A stretch of 63,443 bases of DNA, the filler included, from Asterionella formosa (lineage: Eukaryota), in assembly GCA_002256025.1 (NCBI GenBank). It is 21 parts of 21 records of this genome, joined end to end, with 100 filler letters (N's around TTAATTAATTAA, not from the genome) between each part and the next. Parts side by side here need not be neighbours in the genome. Positions count along the whole stretch, not along the records: positions 5,204 to 24,546 come from NKIB01003719.1; positions 24,647 to 25,846 come from NKIB01003720.1; 19 more parts are not named here. One strand, given 5' to 3'. The notes beneath the pieces are model-generated. The model did not search any database. It had not been told where the DNA came from and saw only the letters and a program-made list of their open reading frames with translations. The first letter of the stretch is position 1. Each line of letters starts with the position of its first letter. Below are positions 12,420 through 25,946 of this stretch, one piece after another. Both the position numbers and the translations under genes were made by a program.

Positions 12420-13720
12420 AACTAGAAGTTTCGTATTGCATGAACAGACACTAGTTCCCTGGACTAACTCATTGTACATTTTCAGACTCTTTTGTGCAAT
12501 GAAGGTAATGAACCTTTGCTAGTAGCTACTAAATCAACCATTCTTGGACTTTTTTCCTACACAATCTGCTACTTGAGTTCTACATACCCAACAAGCTTTT
12601 TCTGTCCACTTGAACTTGGAACCCTACATGATCTACAACATTGGATCCCTATATGATCCACCACTTCCTAATTGAGTCTTCCACTTCTCATCTTCTCTCA
12701 GACTCCATTTTCTTGTATACCACTACATCATCAAGTGGTATTCTGTTTACCAGTAGATGTCGGGTAAATGTACAGGATCATCATCAAACATCACAGAAAA
12801 ATATTTGGGTCACGAACTAATGCAGGGAAACCATCATTTGTGTGGTTTTCATGATGATTTTCTTGGTGCTGTACTACATCAGTATCAGCAATACATGTAC
12901 AGGTCCAAAGCACCAACTAACGCTAGACTAGAATTCCGGCCAGGTACGACCAAAAGACAATTATATATGAATATCAGTATACATGTATGACACATATACT
13001 GGTAGCATAGTCTAGTGGTTTAGTTTAGAAGAAGAAAATATATCCATAAACACAAATGAGCTACAATGGTGGTATATTTTCAGCCAAGATAGCTTCCTCA
13101 TCACACTTGCTTATCAATGAATAACGCAAACTTTACATAAGGAAACAAATTTTGCCTGCATTCTAATGTCCAGTGACACATCTGACCTCAATTGCTGTGC
13201 TATCTTGGCTGTTCATAGTTGCACTTTGTCAAGTCACCTATTAGGCAATAGGAAATCAAACAGTATTGCCTCAACCACTACATTCCTCCAAATTTCCTGA
13301 TATAAGGTGAAATGAAATGAACTCTGAAAGGTTCACAAGAACCATTAGAGATATGGTAGTTGTAAAGTATGATGTGGATCTGGGCATAAGGAACAATAGA
13401 CCCTACCCTGCCAGCAATTTGATGTTTGCTGGTGAACTCATTGTCATAACTACTGGGATACAACTTGATTGCTTTGCATACTAATAATAACCAAAAACAA
13501 CTGCTGGGAAACCACCAAGAGAAATGATGACTTTCAGAAGATTGCTTCACTAGGCCATGGCTGGTTGGTCACAGGGAGGATGGTTCACCATAATAGTTGA
13601 GCAAACCATCAAACATATTCATGCCGGTAATCACATAGTTCATTCAGTATTGCTTTACCATTTTTGTTAGTCTTGTCTCCATGTGGATTCTCCTACTATA
13701 AGCAACCAAACATCATCTGC
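12420..13720 (-). mobile_element. Heavily degenerate piggyBac-like transposase remnant (tentative)
   Basis: KQY*MNYVITGMNMFDGLLNYY and SWWFPSSCFWLLL...KLY resemble the piggyBac YN..MGGVD..D and KWW..LF.WL motifs. A downstream CWVC resembles the C-terminal Cys-rich domain. Many stops. Confidence 0.35.
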
Positions 13721-14002
13721 TGTTTGTTGTGTACCGGATCCCCGGGAATCTGAGAGAATACAAGAATACCAGTGGTATAGTTGTAGTCTGCGTGAGTCAT
13801 ATTATGAATTTAAACAATAAAAATAAGTACATGCATGATGCGCTACATAGAGCGAATGTGAATACCGGTATCATGATGCATGATGGTTTCTGATGGTGGG
13901 TGGTGGTTGGGTGCACTATTATTTATACATGTAGCATTTTCGTTTGCCTTCCACGAAGAAATCACAAGGGTGTATTTGTTGTCAGTCTGATGACCACTGA
14001 CC

Positions 14003-15817
14003 ATGACAGATTCGACAGCTTCCGTTTTCTCTACTCCTGTTACTTCGAAGACTTCAGCCAGCGACCCTCCCCCATCGACTAGTCGACGTTCACAACGTGT
14101 GCATAAGCGAGATCCTGTCATTCTTCCAGGCTACGGAACGCAACAAGATCTTACAAGACTTTCAACTCAACTAGAACTACCCGAAGAAACAGTTCAAGTC
14201 ATTATGAAGAGTCAAGGACGTGGCATCAGAAGACGCGGTGAGGAAAATTTGAGCGACGAAGCTGCTGACCAACCGATTGCCAATGCTTGGGCAGATTTCA
14301 TGAATGATGATGATAATGATGACGATGAAAACGACAAGAAATCAGAGGTCAAGTCAAATCAAGGCGAAGAGGAAGTTCTTGTAGATCCTGATGCCAACCG
14401 AGTTTATAGCTTGCCTCTTGTTCCAGAATGGAAAGAATCTAAGGCCCTTCGTTCGGAGGCTTCGAAACCCAAGAAAGCCAAAATAGCTGTCAAATCCGGG
14501 GTCTTGGTGCAAGCTGGGACTTTGGATAGCGCTTGCGTTGGGCGCATCAAGCGCACCATGGACCAAGCCTATGATTTGGGCGTTCCTTCTGTCCTCATGC
14601 CCAAAATTCTTTTTACCAAAGTATTTACCAGTTGCAATGCTTGCCACATGATGGCTGTCGACACATTGGGAAATGCATTTGGATGGGGCCGGAACGAACT
14701 GCAGCAGCTTTCGGAGACCTTGCCCCATGTAGTTGCCTCACCAACGCTACTGGAAGGTATTTCTAATGTTGTTGATGCGGCAATGGGGAAATCACATACT
14801 ATCGTTCTAGACTCGTCCCATACACTACATGCAGTCGGAAGTAATAAGGTTGGTCAATGTGGTGTCAAGACGTCCATTGAAGCGATTCCCAATTGGCGCA
14901 AGTGCATTGTCCCCGCCGGTGTCAAGCCTGTTCAAGTCTCGTGTGGCGAAGTGCTGTCTGTGTTTATCTCGGACCAAGGAGACCTATATACCACTGGTTC
15001 ATCGGAATTTGGCCAGCTTGGTAATGGTGAAACTGGCGAGTACATCCAGACTGCAGGCAAGTCATCTTTTGCCAACTGTAGTGTCTTCACCTTGCGAACC
15101 ACTTTTTGCCATGTTTCTGGCGAAAAGCTTCATGGATCGGCTGCTAGTAGCGACAAGTCTGTGCCAATCCAAGGAGAAGAAATCAAACTGGCTCATGTTG
15201 CTTGCGGGAAGGCGCATGTCATTGCTGTTGAATGTGCAGCAAAGGGACATTCTGCAAGGGTCTTTTCTTGGGGATGTGGCAATTATGGATGTCTTGGGCA
15301 TGGCGCTCAAAAGGATGAATATTTTCCTCGTTTAGTTGGAAATCTTAGTGCTGGGCATGTTTTTTCATCAAATCCTCCCGTCAAGGCCTTCGCTGGAGCT
15401 ACCTGCAGCATGGTTTTGACTCAACAAGGACATGTCTACTATTGCGGTAAGCACAGGTCAGTGGGTGAAGCCGTGATGAGGCCAACCTTGCTGGCAGAGC
15501 TGGCGAACAATGGTCATGTAGTAAAGCATGTCGCAGCTGGTTCTCAATCTGTCGTATGCTCGACTAGAAACGCGGCCACTGTGGCATGGGGTCAAGGGCC
15601 GCATGGCGAGTTAGGGTTAGAAGGAAAGAAATCCTCGGCTAAACCACAGTTCGTCGCAACTTTAGACAAATGTCTGATTCTTAGCGTTGCATGTGGATAT
15701 GGGTCGACACTTTTTGTAGTTCAAAAGGAAGACAATGATGACGCTGCTGCCATCAAAAAAATTCCCGTGGTTAGTGAGGCAGCCATTGACGACTTGACTA
15801 ACAAGGCTACGCATTAA
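14003..15817 (+). CDS. RCC1-repeat protein, RCC2/TD-60-like, 604 aa
   Basis: Multiple RCC1 blades (AFGWGRNELQQL, AAMGKSHT, VGSNKVGQCG, TGSSEFGQLGNG, FSWGCGNYGCLGHG, WGQGPHGELG...KKSSAKP) after an acidic, disordered N-terminus. Confidence 0.92.
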   Translation: MTDSTASVFSTPVTSKTSASDPPPSTSRRSQRVHKRDPVILPGYGTQQDLTRLSTQLELPEETVQVIMKSQGRGIRRRGEENLSDEAADQPIANAWADFMNDDDNDDDENDKKSEVKSNQGEEEVLVDPDANRVYSLPLVPEWKESKALRSEASKPKKAKIAVKSGVLVQAGTLDSACVGRIKRTMDQAYDLGVPSVLMPKILFTKVFTSCNACHMMAVDTLGNAFGWGRNELQQLSETLPHVVASPTLLEGISNVVDAAMGKSHTIVLDSSHTLHAVGSNKVGQCGVKTSIEAIPNWRKCIVPAGVKPVQVSCGEVLSVFISDQGDLYTTGSSEFGQLGNGETGEYIQTAGKSSFANCSVFTLRTTFCHVSGEKLHGSAASSDKSVPIQGEEIKLAHVACGKAHVIAVECAAKGHSARVFSWGCGNYGCLGHGAQKDEYFPRLVGNLSAGHVFSSNPPVKAFAGATCSMVLTQQGHVYYCGKHRSVGEAVMRPTLLAELANNGHVVKHVAAGSQSVVCSTRNAATVAWGQGPHGELGLEGKKSSAKPQFVATLDKCLILSVACGYGSTLFVVQKEDNDDAAAIKKIPVVSEAAIDDLTNKATH

Positions 15818-16193
15818 CACTGTCAAAAAGAAGCCGGGGGCGCAGTTCGACTAAGTGCACAGTGGAAAGAATAGACAAATCCTATACAACTTAATGAAAC
15901 GTTGCAATAGAAGGACATCTTAACAGTTTGCTAGGGAACATTATGTATTAACCGGAAACGATAGACAAGACGAAAAAGATTAGCACCCAAAGGAACGCAG
16001 CACTGATAGGGCTGGAGCCGTTGTCCGACTCACTCTTGGCCTCGTCATAGGCGTCCAACCACAGTCGCTGCCTTTGCTTTGTAGATTTGTGATAGCTTGT
16101 GAATGTGAGATCTTGTTTGATGAATGCAGCTGCAGCATTTATAGGAGGAACAGCTCGTATTTTGGAAGATGAGGTGTTTGTTTCGGTTCTGGT

Positions 16194-19100
16194 TTATCCA
16201 TAATTTGTCACCATCGCTTCATTACTCTGAGAAGTGGGGGCAAGTGGATCGACGGGAATATTTTCACGAGTTTCACGTGCAACAAAAAGGGCAGGCATTT
16301 GGTTTGAAACCGAGTCGCAAGATAGGAATCCAACGCTGCATGTTCGAGGTGGGAATGAATCCAAGGCCAACTCCAGCGATGTGGTCTTTTGCATGTTGGG
16401 CCAATGAACAATTGATTCTTCAGCGTTTAGTGCCTTCTCAGCATCGTACAATACCTTTTGGTCCATGGAAAACCTTGAAACATTTCTGGATATCTCGTTA
16501 TGAGGCTCAACTTTATCTAATGCATTCACGAGTATTTCGCATTCGATTTCCAAGTTACGCCCTGTGTTGCAGTGTACCTCCTGAACATTTTGTGTTCCCA
16601 TGTCGACCTCCCATTTAGCTAAAGATTCAACTCCTTGCGAAGATAAGATTTCTCCGAAAGATTCTTTTTCATGGGCTAGTATTCCTAACGGAAGTGTAAC
16701 ATTTTCATTCGAAGCCACTACATGAGAAGAAAAACCGAAACAGTGTTTGATGATGCCCAAGTCGTCAAGTGATTCGTTCTCATCAACAAGACTCTCTACA
16801 GTTCCTTCTGAAACACTCAAAGTAACTTCCGATGCAAGCAATGCCCCAGGAGTTGAAACCGTTTTTTGCGGGTCGTAACTATGCTTCGTTCGATCAATAT
16901 CTTTCCTGGTTTTCTTTTGCGATGCTGTAGGATTAGCAGAACACGACGCTCCTTCTGTTCGCTGTCGCTTTTTGAAAGTCTGAACTGCCAATGATTCCAT
17001 AAGAAGAATTTCAGGTGAACTCAGCGGAGTAATCTTGTTTGTTACCAAAGGACGAGGTGGTACCAGTAATCCAGATGGGCACATATTCAACGCTGCTATC
17101 ATTGACTCGGTAGGGGGATGCAATTCCTTCTTCGTGGCGGACAGCGCGGCTGCAAGGACTGATGTTCTGGTATTCAAGAGTTTGTCAGTACATTGCATAA
17201 TTTCGAAACTACTGAGTCTTTTACTTGGGGGTAACAATGGTCCGGAATCATCTGGAATAGTACAACAATCGTCTCCTAGGGCGACAATTGATTCGGGAGA
17301 CTTCAGAAGACCAAAAGGTGGCCAAAGCTTCGATATAGTTGGTGCATGGGGAATTATCTCGTTCTTTGTGGCAGAAGGGAGATTTTTCTCCTCGGTGACG
17401 GTTTCAGATAGGGTGCAAGAACTGGAGGGACCTTTGGTTGTAACACAAAAATTCCCTCCGCATGGTGGACATATCCATTCTTCAAGCTGGCCCTCGATAA
17501 CTTTTGGGATGTCAACGCACCTACCATGAAACCAAAGTCCACATTTATCACATCCAAGCATAAATGTACCATCGTTAGGTCCTCCGCATATGCAGTGTCG
17601 TTTACCTTTGTCAAGGATCGAACAAGAAACAGTTTCCATCTCTGGTACTTCTAAAGGAATTTCAGACTCAGTATCTTGAAGACTTTGAAGAGCTTCCATG
17701 TTAAAAGGCTTTGTTTCACCACTGCTGGCTGTCAAAACCTTACTGGCTCGAAGTTGCCACTGAGTCGTACGCTGGATCATCGCTTTTATCATTCGCACTG
17801 CTTTTTCATCCGGCAGCGTAAGAGTGGAGCACTGGGAAATTAGATCTGAAAAATCAACCAATGACGGCTTCCTCGCCAAAGTTTGCATTGCAAGAGCACT
17901 CCAAGCCAAGCATCGGAATGAGTTTGTTACTTGGTGAACATCATGAAGATTCGCGATGTTTAGGTATTCTGCTTCCTGAAACGCCATTTTCATTGCTGCT
18001 GATATGGAGCCATCAACCGTTGGTCGGCTTTTTTCCGCGAGGTCAAGCGTGGAAGGCACGAGAATATTCGACCGGATTCGAACGCACCATCGAAACATCG
18101 CATCCCTACAACTATCTTCCTCCCGTTCAAGATCATTGCGTTCCCTAGCCTGTAGCATAAGTATCCTTAGGCGTTCTTGGCAAATCTTGATTGCAAGTGA
18201 AATGTTTCCAATCTGCTTTATGAGGACTAAAATAGAGTCAGAAAGAATTCCCAAGCAATGAGTCTCCATGGTTCGTTCAACTCACCTTCCTTCTCGTTTT
18301 CGCTTTCCGTATCAACTAATCCATTCAACAGTGACAGAGACTGATTTTTAAAGGAGATGGCACTTTGAATACTGCCAGCTTTCAAATCTTGTAACTGCTC
18401 AGCCTGAGTGAAAATGCTTGCTGTCTCGTCCATTGCATCGTCAGCAGATTTCTTGACCGGTACACCTGGAGTCATCACAGCATCAGGAGTAAAGAAGGGT
18501 ATTGAATGATTTATTTCGCAAGTATGCTTTACGCAATCATACGAATCATTGTGTGACTGGGTTTGCACTTTTTGGATGTGAGCTTTGGTGTCACATTTTC
18601 GTGAACTGCATGATTCCGATGTGAGTCTACTCGGACTGCAATCCGGGATAGGAATAGATTCTTTGTCTGACCCAGAAATCATGGCTTTATTCGATGAAGA
18701 ACTGCTGCCAATGGCATGCTCGATAATTGAGAGGTGGGACTGATCTAGCGACAATAGTCGCATCACCAAATTTTCCTTCTCAGATTCTAGCTTTCCAATG
18801 TCCTTCTTTTCCTTACGGACTCTCCTCTGATGCCTTTGGTATTCATTCTGTCTTGACTTTTTAAGGTCATTTCTGCACGTCCATTTGCGAATAACTGAAA
18901 CAACTAAATTGGCACTTGCGTAGAAAGTCTTTTCGACGGCGCACCTGATACATACGTATTTATCGAAACGCTCAGCCTGTGCTTCCGAAACCCCAATGCA
19001 AGTGCCATGATACCATTCGTCGCAACTATCACAACCAATCATGAAGCCTTCGTAAGGTCGACGACAAACACAGTATCCTTTCATTGCTTGTTTCAGTTTC

Positions 19101-22100
19101 TGGATTTCATCAGGTAACGAGACATCAAGAGATTCGTGTTCGTCTATTAGCTCCGCAACGTCACTTGAGCTTGTTTCGCCGTGAACAAAGTTGCTACGTT
19201 TTACACGATTCAGCCAACTCTTGGCGCCTTTTAGTGCATTTCGTAGAACCTTTAATTTATCGCAACTTATTTTGAGCTGCTCGCCTTCGTCAAAAAGCTC
19301 CTTAGCTTCCTGCATTGTCATTTTATTCTCGGACTCAAAGCTTTTGGTCACCAATGCACTCCATATATTAGCTCGATTCGATAGGGTTCGAACCTTCTGG
19401 ACCATCTCTGAACCTGTGTAAATCATTAGATAATTTGCAAAGTTGTTGGGTAGCATGGAGTAACAGTACTTACCAGAGGGATATTCAAGACTTTGAGTCG
19501 CAAGGTGGCTTAACACGGCTATTGAGAGTCGTTTTCCTTTTCCTGTCATCACCTGCTGAGCTTCTTTAGACCAAGAAATGAATTTGTCGCGATTCTTTTG
19601 TAAATTGCGCAGCCTCGTTAATTGATTGTCTACCAAAGTCACCCAGCGAGACACCAAATTTTTGCTCAAATCTTCATCATCGAGTTTGGTTCGAAAAACG
19701 TCGCGGCTGCTGCTTAGTTCCGTTCCACTAGCGAGAAATTTATCAAAACGGGGGAAATTCTTTTTTTCGTAAGTTACATTCGGAGAGTTCAAAAAGAAAA
19801 GTGACTTGATGCACCATTTTGACACTGTTTCCAAATGATCTGCCATCTCTTCTTCGGGGGTGTAAATTCCAGTCTGCTTTGCATCTATCGTAAGTTTTTC
19901 GACTAGTTTGAACACATTCTCTCCATCAGCCCCAACTTTTGACCATACATCGAGATCATCGGAACCCACAACAGACGGTTCGGTATGTGACAGTTGGGAA
20001 TCGGATTCGTCTTTTGACGCATTGTCGCCTTGTGACAAAGCTTCTATAGTCTCGGTATTGAGGGACGCAACACAGTCCCCAATAAAGCTGTCAACAACTG
20101 CCAAAGTCACTTTGGCAACTTGTCCACCCGCATTATGAAGACCTCCATTGTAGAATACCTCGGGCTGTCCATACAGCTCATCAATGCCAATTCGTAGACG
20201 ATCAAACCCTACTGCAATCTGTCTCAGCTTTTCCTGCGCCTTCATCCTCCAACAAAAAACATGACTCAATTGAGCGTTGAGGCGATCAAGGTAATCTGCA
20301 GTAGGAATTGGTAGAATTCTGGCTTGTTCAATTAGCTGTAGCAAGTCTTCGACAGTGAAACGATTTTGTACCCCTTTTCGTTTCGACCTCTTGGGGGCAG
20401 CTAGCAAAACCCTGTCCATCCATTGTTGAGATCGCTTAGCGAGGTCTTTTATTGCTAGGGCTTCTTCAAGGTCCAATGCAACCTCTTTGGCAGCTGCAGA
20501 TACTGCCTCATTCATCTCTACAACTGTACACAGATGTATGTCACCCTTGTCATTTTGCTGTGAAATTCCAGTTCGAACAAGCACAGATGCATACTTTTGA
20601 TACCAAGCATTCGCTTGTGCCAAAACTCGACCCATCTTAGTGATTCCCGCACCTATGTTCGCATGGATTGAGTTACCCTCAACCACAATATTCCTCAAGG
20701 TTGCAATCGAAACGCAACTCCTTTCCTCGTTCCTTCGATTATCCCACTCAAGATACTCAAAGTACTGCAAAAAGCAAGGGAGTAAAAATCAAGTCAGTTC
20801 CCATGAGAACACGCAAATCATCGTTTGAGCTTTTGTACATACCTCGTCGAGCCACTTGTCGGCAGCACCAACGATCCGTTTCAATTCTATTTCGCCATCG
20901 AGGACCCATTCTTTCCTTTCGTCGATAACCAGCTTATCCCGGAGTGCCTCTGCTTTGACTAAATGTTCACGTAAATCCTCAAGCTTACCCTTTTTGCCTC
21001 CAGAATCATCCCCGCTCATGCCTCCACGAGGAAGCCATTTTCTCGCCTTCGCACTCCAGTTCTTCGCATCAAGTTCAACCTGCAGCATTTTCACAGCATT
21101 GATTTCTACTGGAATACGTGCGCCTTCAGATGCTAGCTCGTGAAGGCGACTAAAAGCACCGCCTTTTGTATTGTTTTTCAAAGTTTTCCGCATGAGAGTC
21201 ATCCAAGAAATCTGATCGACTTTCGTTTCTTTCAGAGGACAAGGCACCTCGATTTTTAATAGATTAAGCCATTCTCTCGCCATATGAACTCTAGAATTCA
21301 ACTTTTCAACCAATTCGGATAAATCCAGTGGGAAAGCGTTAGCCTTCTTGATGAGCGACACAATCTCAGACAGCGATATCCTTGAGCGAATGGCAACGCT
21401 CGCTCGGTCAGTCCAGCTTTCCAGTTCTCGATTGAACTGAAACAATTCCCAGACTTCTTTGGAGGGCAAACTTATTCTATTTGCATCGCGGACAAGTCCA
21501 GCAAGGAACTTGATATTCTCCTTTCGGCCCGATGCGTGTGACTGGCGCCAGCATTCCAGTCGTTGTTGCAATTCGTGGGCCTTTTCTATTCGTGTCTCCA
21601 ATAGCACAAGGTTCCGTGTTCTTATTCCTAGCGATCGGGCTGCCTTCGCCAAAACTTCAGCCGATTTGAGATTGTCAATATTATCCACATTTATCGAATC
21701 ATCATTCAACGTGAGGAGTGTATCAAGTCGAATCTGCCATTTGGAAGTAGCTTCTATTTGTTGACGTAGTATATCACTGTCATCCATTTGAATTCGACAT
21801 TGTTTACCTCCCTCTTCTAACATTGTTTTCAGAGTATCCATGTCGACTCCTTCATTACCTTCATCAAAGAGGAAATCGTGGACTTTTGCCTGGAAGTTTC
21901 TGGCCTTTGCAAGGTGGTCAAAGATGGAATTGAAACATTCCGAAACGCTTTTAACAACAAGATGTCTGTTTCCAAAGGAAGACTCAACAGTCGGCAGTGA
22001 GTACGCATTACGAAAAAATTCAATCACTTTTTTCATTCCCAATTGTTCCCCATCTCCATTTAATGCGCGCTCCATTTCTTGCCCACAAGCCAGGACGGAT

Positions 22101-23725
22101 CGCCAAACCCCTCGCATGTCATCATCGTCCTCATCCATAACAACACCTTCTTGCTGCTCCCCTAGACATCCATTCGTATTTATCTCTTTTTGCGGATAGG
22201 CCGTAAACGAAGGATCATCTCGATAGTCTCCGTGCATGGTAGAAAGAATGCGCTCCCATCGGCATCTCCATGATTGCGATGACTCGAAGGAAGGGCGTTT
22301 GAACCTACTTTCGTGTAGCTTCTTGAGCAAGCATTTCCTTGCTCTTGAAGCTGAATGCAGGTTCATTGATTAGTTGTGTGCATACCTTCCACCATGGGCA
22401 AAACAACAGATTAATTTGTTTCTTCTCACCTTGACCATACTGCAAATGCACTCGCATCGATAACTCTGCCTCGCCAACGTTTCCTCCATGCCGAATACGT
22501 AAATGAGCTAATATAGGTTCCTGATCTTCCGTAGCAACCCGGGCATCACTTTCTTGCAAAAGTGATGTTTTATTCGTCCAACTGGTGCCCTGTTGGTATT
22601 CAGATAATGTCCTCTTTTTTCTGCCCCTTCGACCCCCCGTCGCCTGTTGTCGGATCATCTCCTGCTTCCAGCCTTCATCTGCAAGATATATCGGCTGTTT
22701 TGCCAAGTCTGGATGAATGAGATATTGAGCCTGGATGAGATAGTCGCTGACTTCTTCAGATGCTGCCTTGTGCACGCAAAAGCCACCTCTGCTGGCTGTC
22801 CCATAACCAGTCAATCCGGGAAACACCAATGTTTGTACATCTATAATTAATGAGGGGCAAACGAGTGTGCAGCAAGGTGAGAAAAAATGTCGGAAAAGTA
22901 ATTGAAATGAATCCGGAGGAGAAAATTGCAATCATCATGTATATATTCCGTTCTACGAGGATTTAACGCGGAATTCGTAGGAGTCTACATGACACAGCAA
23001 CCATCATGGGTCATGTTGATGAGTTCGTGGTATTTCAGAAGACCCAAAGCCCCAAAGATGTCATTTCATAATCCATAATGTAGTATGAAATTAATTTCTG
23101 GAAAGGAAAGGGGGATTTGTTTACGATTTTCCTTCAAATCGTAGACGACCGCCGCAAGCAGTACCAAAGCGAACAGCATGGGGTGCTGGCGACCGAGTGC
23201 ACCTGTGATGGCCTTTCAAGTCGAACAGACGAATGGAAAAGCAGAAGGACTCTCTGAAATGCATCTAAGGACATTATGCGCGAAAAAGGAGAAAAGCCCT
23301 TTCGTTTGGGCTGAAATCGGGGTGCAACAATGCCGTCGTGCAATGCCGGCTGGAAGCAGCACACAGCTCAGCCGTTCCTTGAGCTTTGAGCCGCTGAACG
23401 ACTATCGAGTCGATTAAAACTCACCATGAGATTCTTCTGAAGTTATATGAGCTTCTCTTTGCGTCAGATGTGGATAATCAACAGACATTTGGTCTGGAAG
23501 CTTTCGTTTCAAGATGTCGTTCTGAAGCGACTGTTCAAACCTTCCGACCTTGGTTTGAAATTGCGAGCCCAAGCGAGGTTTGACTCTCTTAAAAAGTGAC
23601 TTCTCTGGAGATGTGTCACCAGAGGAGGGTTCTGGTGATCCTTTTTCCGGTTTGGTACTCCCCAGACGGCATATTCTACCATCATCATACCGACCCATCT
23701 TGATTCGTTCCGTTTTTGTGTTCAT
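16194..23725 (-). CDS. Large chromatin protein with an ELM2-like N-terminal motif, PLU-1-like helical repeats and two PHD fingers (KDM5 C-terminal-like); predicted 6 exons, 2223 aa
   Basis: Predicted exons 23425-23725, 22430-22840, 20843-22350, 19474-20764, 18286-19413 and 16194-18226 join through phase-compatible GT-AG introns to 6672 nt. PHDs are YCVCRRPYEGFMIGCDSCDEWYHGTC and HCICGGPNDGTFMLGCDKCGLWFHGRC. Intron 1 is the least certain. Confidence 0.85.
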
Positions 23726-25064
23726 TGTCTTCTATTTTTGTTGCTCTTCGTTGGTTATTACTGTTTTCATATTACATCTACCGTTATGTAGTTAGTGTAC
23801 ATACGTGTGGTTGTAGGCAATAACCTGGTATGCATGATACATAAAATGTTTGATGTACAGTACAGCGAGAGACTACCTGGGTACCAAATGCCGGATTCTT
23901 TCCGGCTAGACTGATTTCAGTCTAGTAGACTGGCTTCAGTCTGGGTTTTCAATCCCTTGCCCCTAGCTCAATTCAAAGGATATTTCATTTCTGAAAAGTT
24001 CATCTAAATCTATGTACAGAGCTGGATGTTTATGGAGGTATGCATGGCAATAAGCTTATAAAGGGGTTTAAAAAATTATAGATACATGAGTAGTCTGCCT
24101 TCCAAAAAATCTCAACAATATCTGTGCGGGATGGTGCAAAAACAAAATTTGACAATTGGCAAAGGTGCCGTCGTTTCATGCCTTTACAAGTACATTAACC
24201 CGTAGCTGTGTGTCCTAAATCATCATGTGAACATCGAAAAAGACCATCGACTTGAAAGAATGACATTTCGGCAGAGGCAGCTCAAGGAAATCAGAGGTAA
24301 GGATCGATGGCCATTATGGTCACTGCTCCGGGACTGTAGATGATGTTGATACAACTGAGCTGTATGCCCTATAAAATCACTTCTAGATCATTTCCGATGG
24401 TGATCCAGATACCTTTTACTATGATGAAGGCGATTATTTACTTGACGAGGCAGCAGAAGGTGAAGTGATGCCTTCAGAGCTTCTCAAACCTGTAAAGTGT
24501 ACTACTGGCGCAGTTCTTGACACTGACGATATTGCCATCCCAGCTANNNNNNNNNNNNNNNNNNNNNNNNNNNNNNNNNNNNNNNNNNNNTTAATTAATT
24601 AANNNNNNNNNNNNNNNNNNNNNNNNNNNNNNNNNNNNNNNNNNNNCACACAGGACGACCACCAGCCAACGCTGACGTCATGTCTCTAATCTCAATTATC
24701 ATAAGAACACTCCCAGTTACAGTTTGACTGCATTGGATAAAGGCTCATCAAGATGCGGACAAAACAGAAAAGTATATTGAAAGCAAGCAACAGAACAACA
24801 ATCCAACGGGTCGTATTTTGTCGATGAGGGGGTAGTACCTGAGCACGATATGGAAATGTGCGGTTCAAACATCTAAGCCGCGTATTACGTGAAGTGACCA
24901 TCACGTAAATAAGTCTAGTTGATTTTGAATGGATCACATGAATTAGTTGAATACATCAAAATGCTTACTTGAATATATCTATATATTATCTGAATACATC
25001 ACGTTAATTATTTGATGAGAGTATCATGCATGCATTCCTGATCATCACTATATTACGTGATCAC

Positions 25065-25179
25065 CTTCACATAATTATTTGAAATACTTCACATAATTAT
25101 TTGAAATACTTCACATAATTATTTGAAATACTTCACATAATTATTTGAAATACTTCACATAATTATTTGAAATACTTCA
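25065..25179. repeat. Minisatellite, 22-bp unit x5
   Basis: CTTCACATAATTATTTGAAATA at 25065, 25087, 25109, 25131 and 25153. Confidence 0.97.
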
Positions 25180-25946
25180 ATTAATTCTGTAATTCAGTTC
25201 ACATTGTCTTAAATTTTTGTTCACGTAATTCTATAATATGGTTCACGTAATTTATTAAATTTTTACGTATTTTAAAAGTACTATCAAATAATGTTGATTA
25301 CTAATTCAACAACCGGTATTTCACATTACATGGGAAACAAATCTCGATATGCAATCAAACAAAGCTGTTCTATCAGAATGGAATCTTCAGTCTTGAGAAG
25401 GCAGGCATTATGAGACATCTGTAAGGACATTGCAAGACAAGGAGAAGCCATTCATTCAGAAGGGGGAAATTATTCACTCTTGAACAGGCATCATTCTACG
25501 AAGTTGCAACATGAATGCATCCTCACACACTGATTTCCTTCTTGTACTTGAAATGACTTCTTCATTGACCTGCAGAGATTTTCATAACAACAGTGTGTCA
25601 GTAATGTATATGATAGAACTAGCAACAGCAGAAAGCAACACACAGTTCATTCCGGACCTCATTGTCCCTGCCTGTTGTCAACAACAATGCGTGAGCTGAC
25701 AAGCCATACTAGCATTTAGGTACACAACAAGAACACACTCACCATTCAACTGTATTGCAGAGTTCTTTCATTTGAGTCGAGGATTCAATTGACATTGCAG
25801 CAACCTATGCAGTTACAGAAACAATGAGAAGGAATGATTTGTTAGCNNNNNNNNNNNNNNNNNNNNNNNNNNNNNNNNNNNNNNNNNNNNTTAATTAATT
25901 AANNNNNNNNNNNNNNNNNNNNNNNNNNNNNNNNNNNNNNNNNNNN

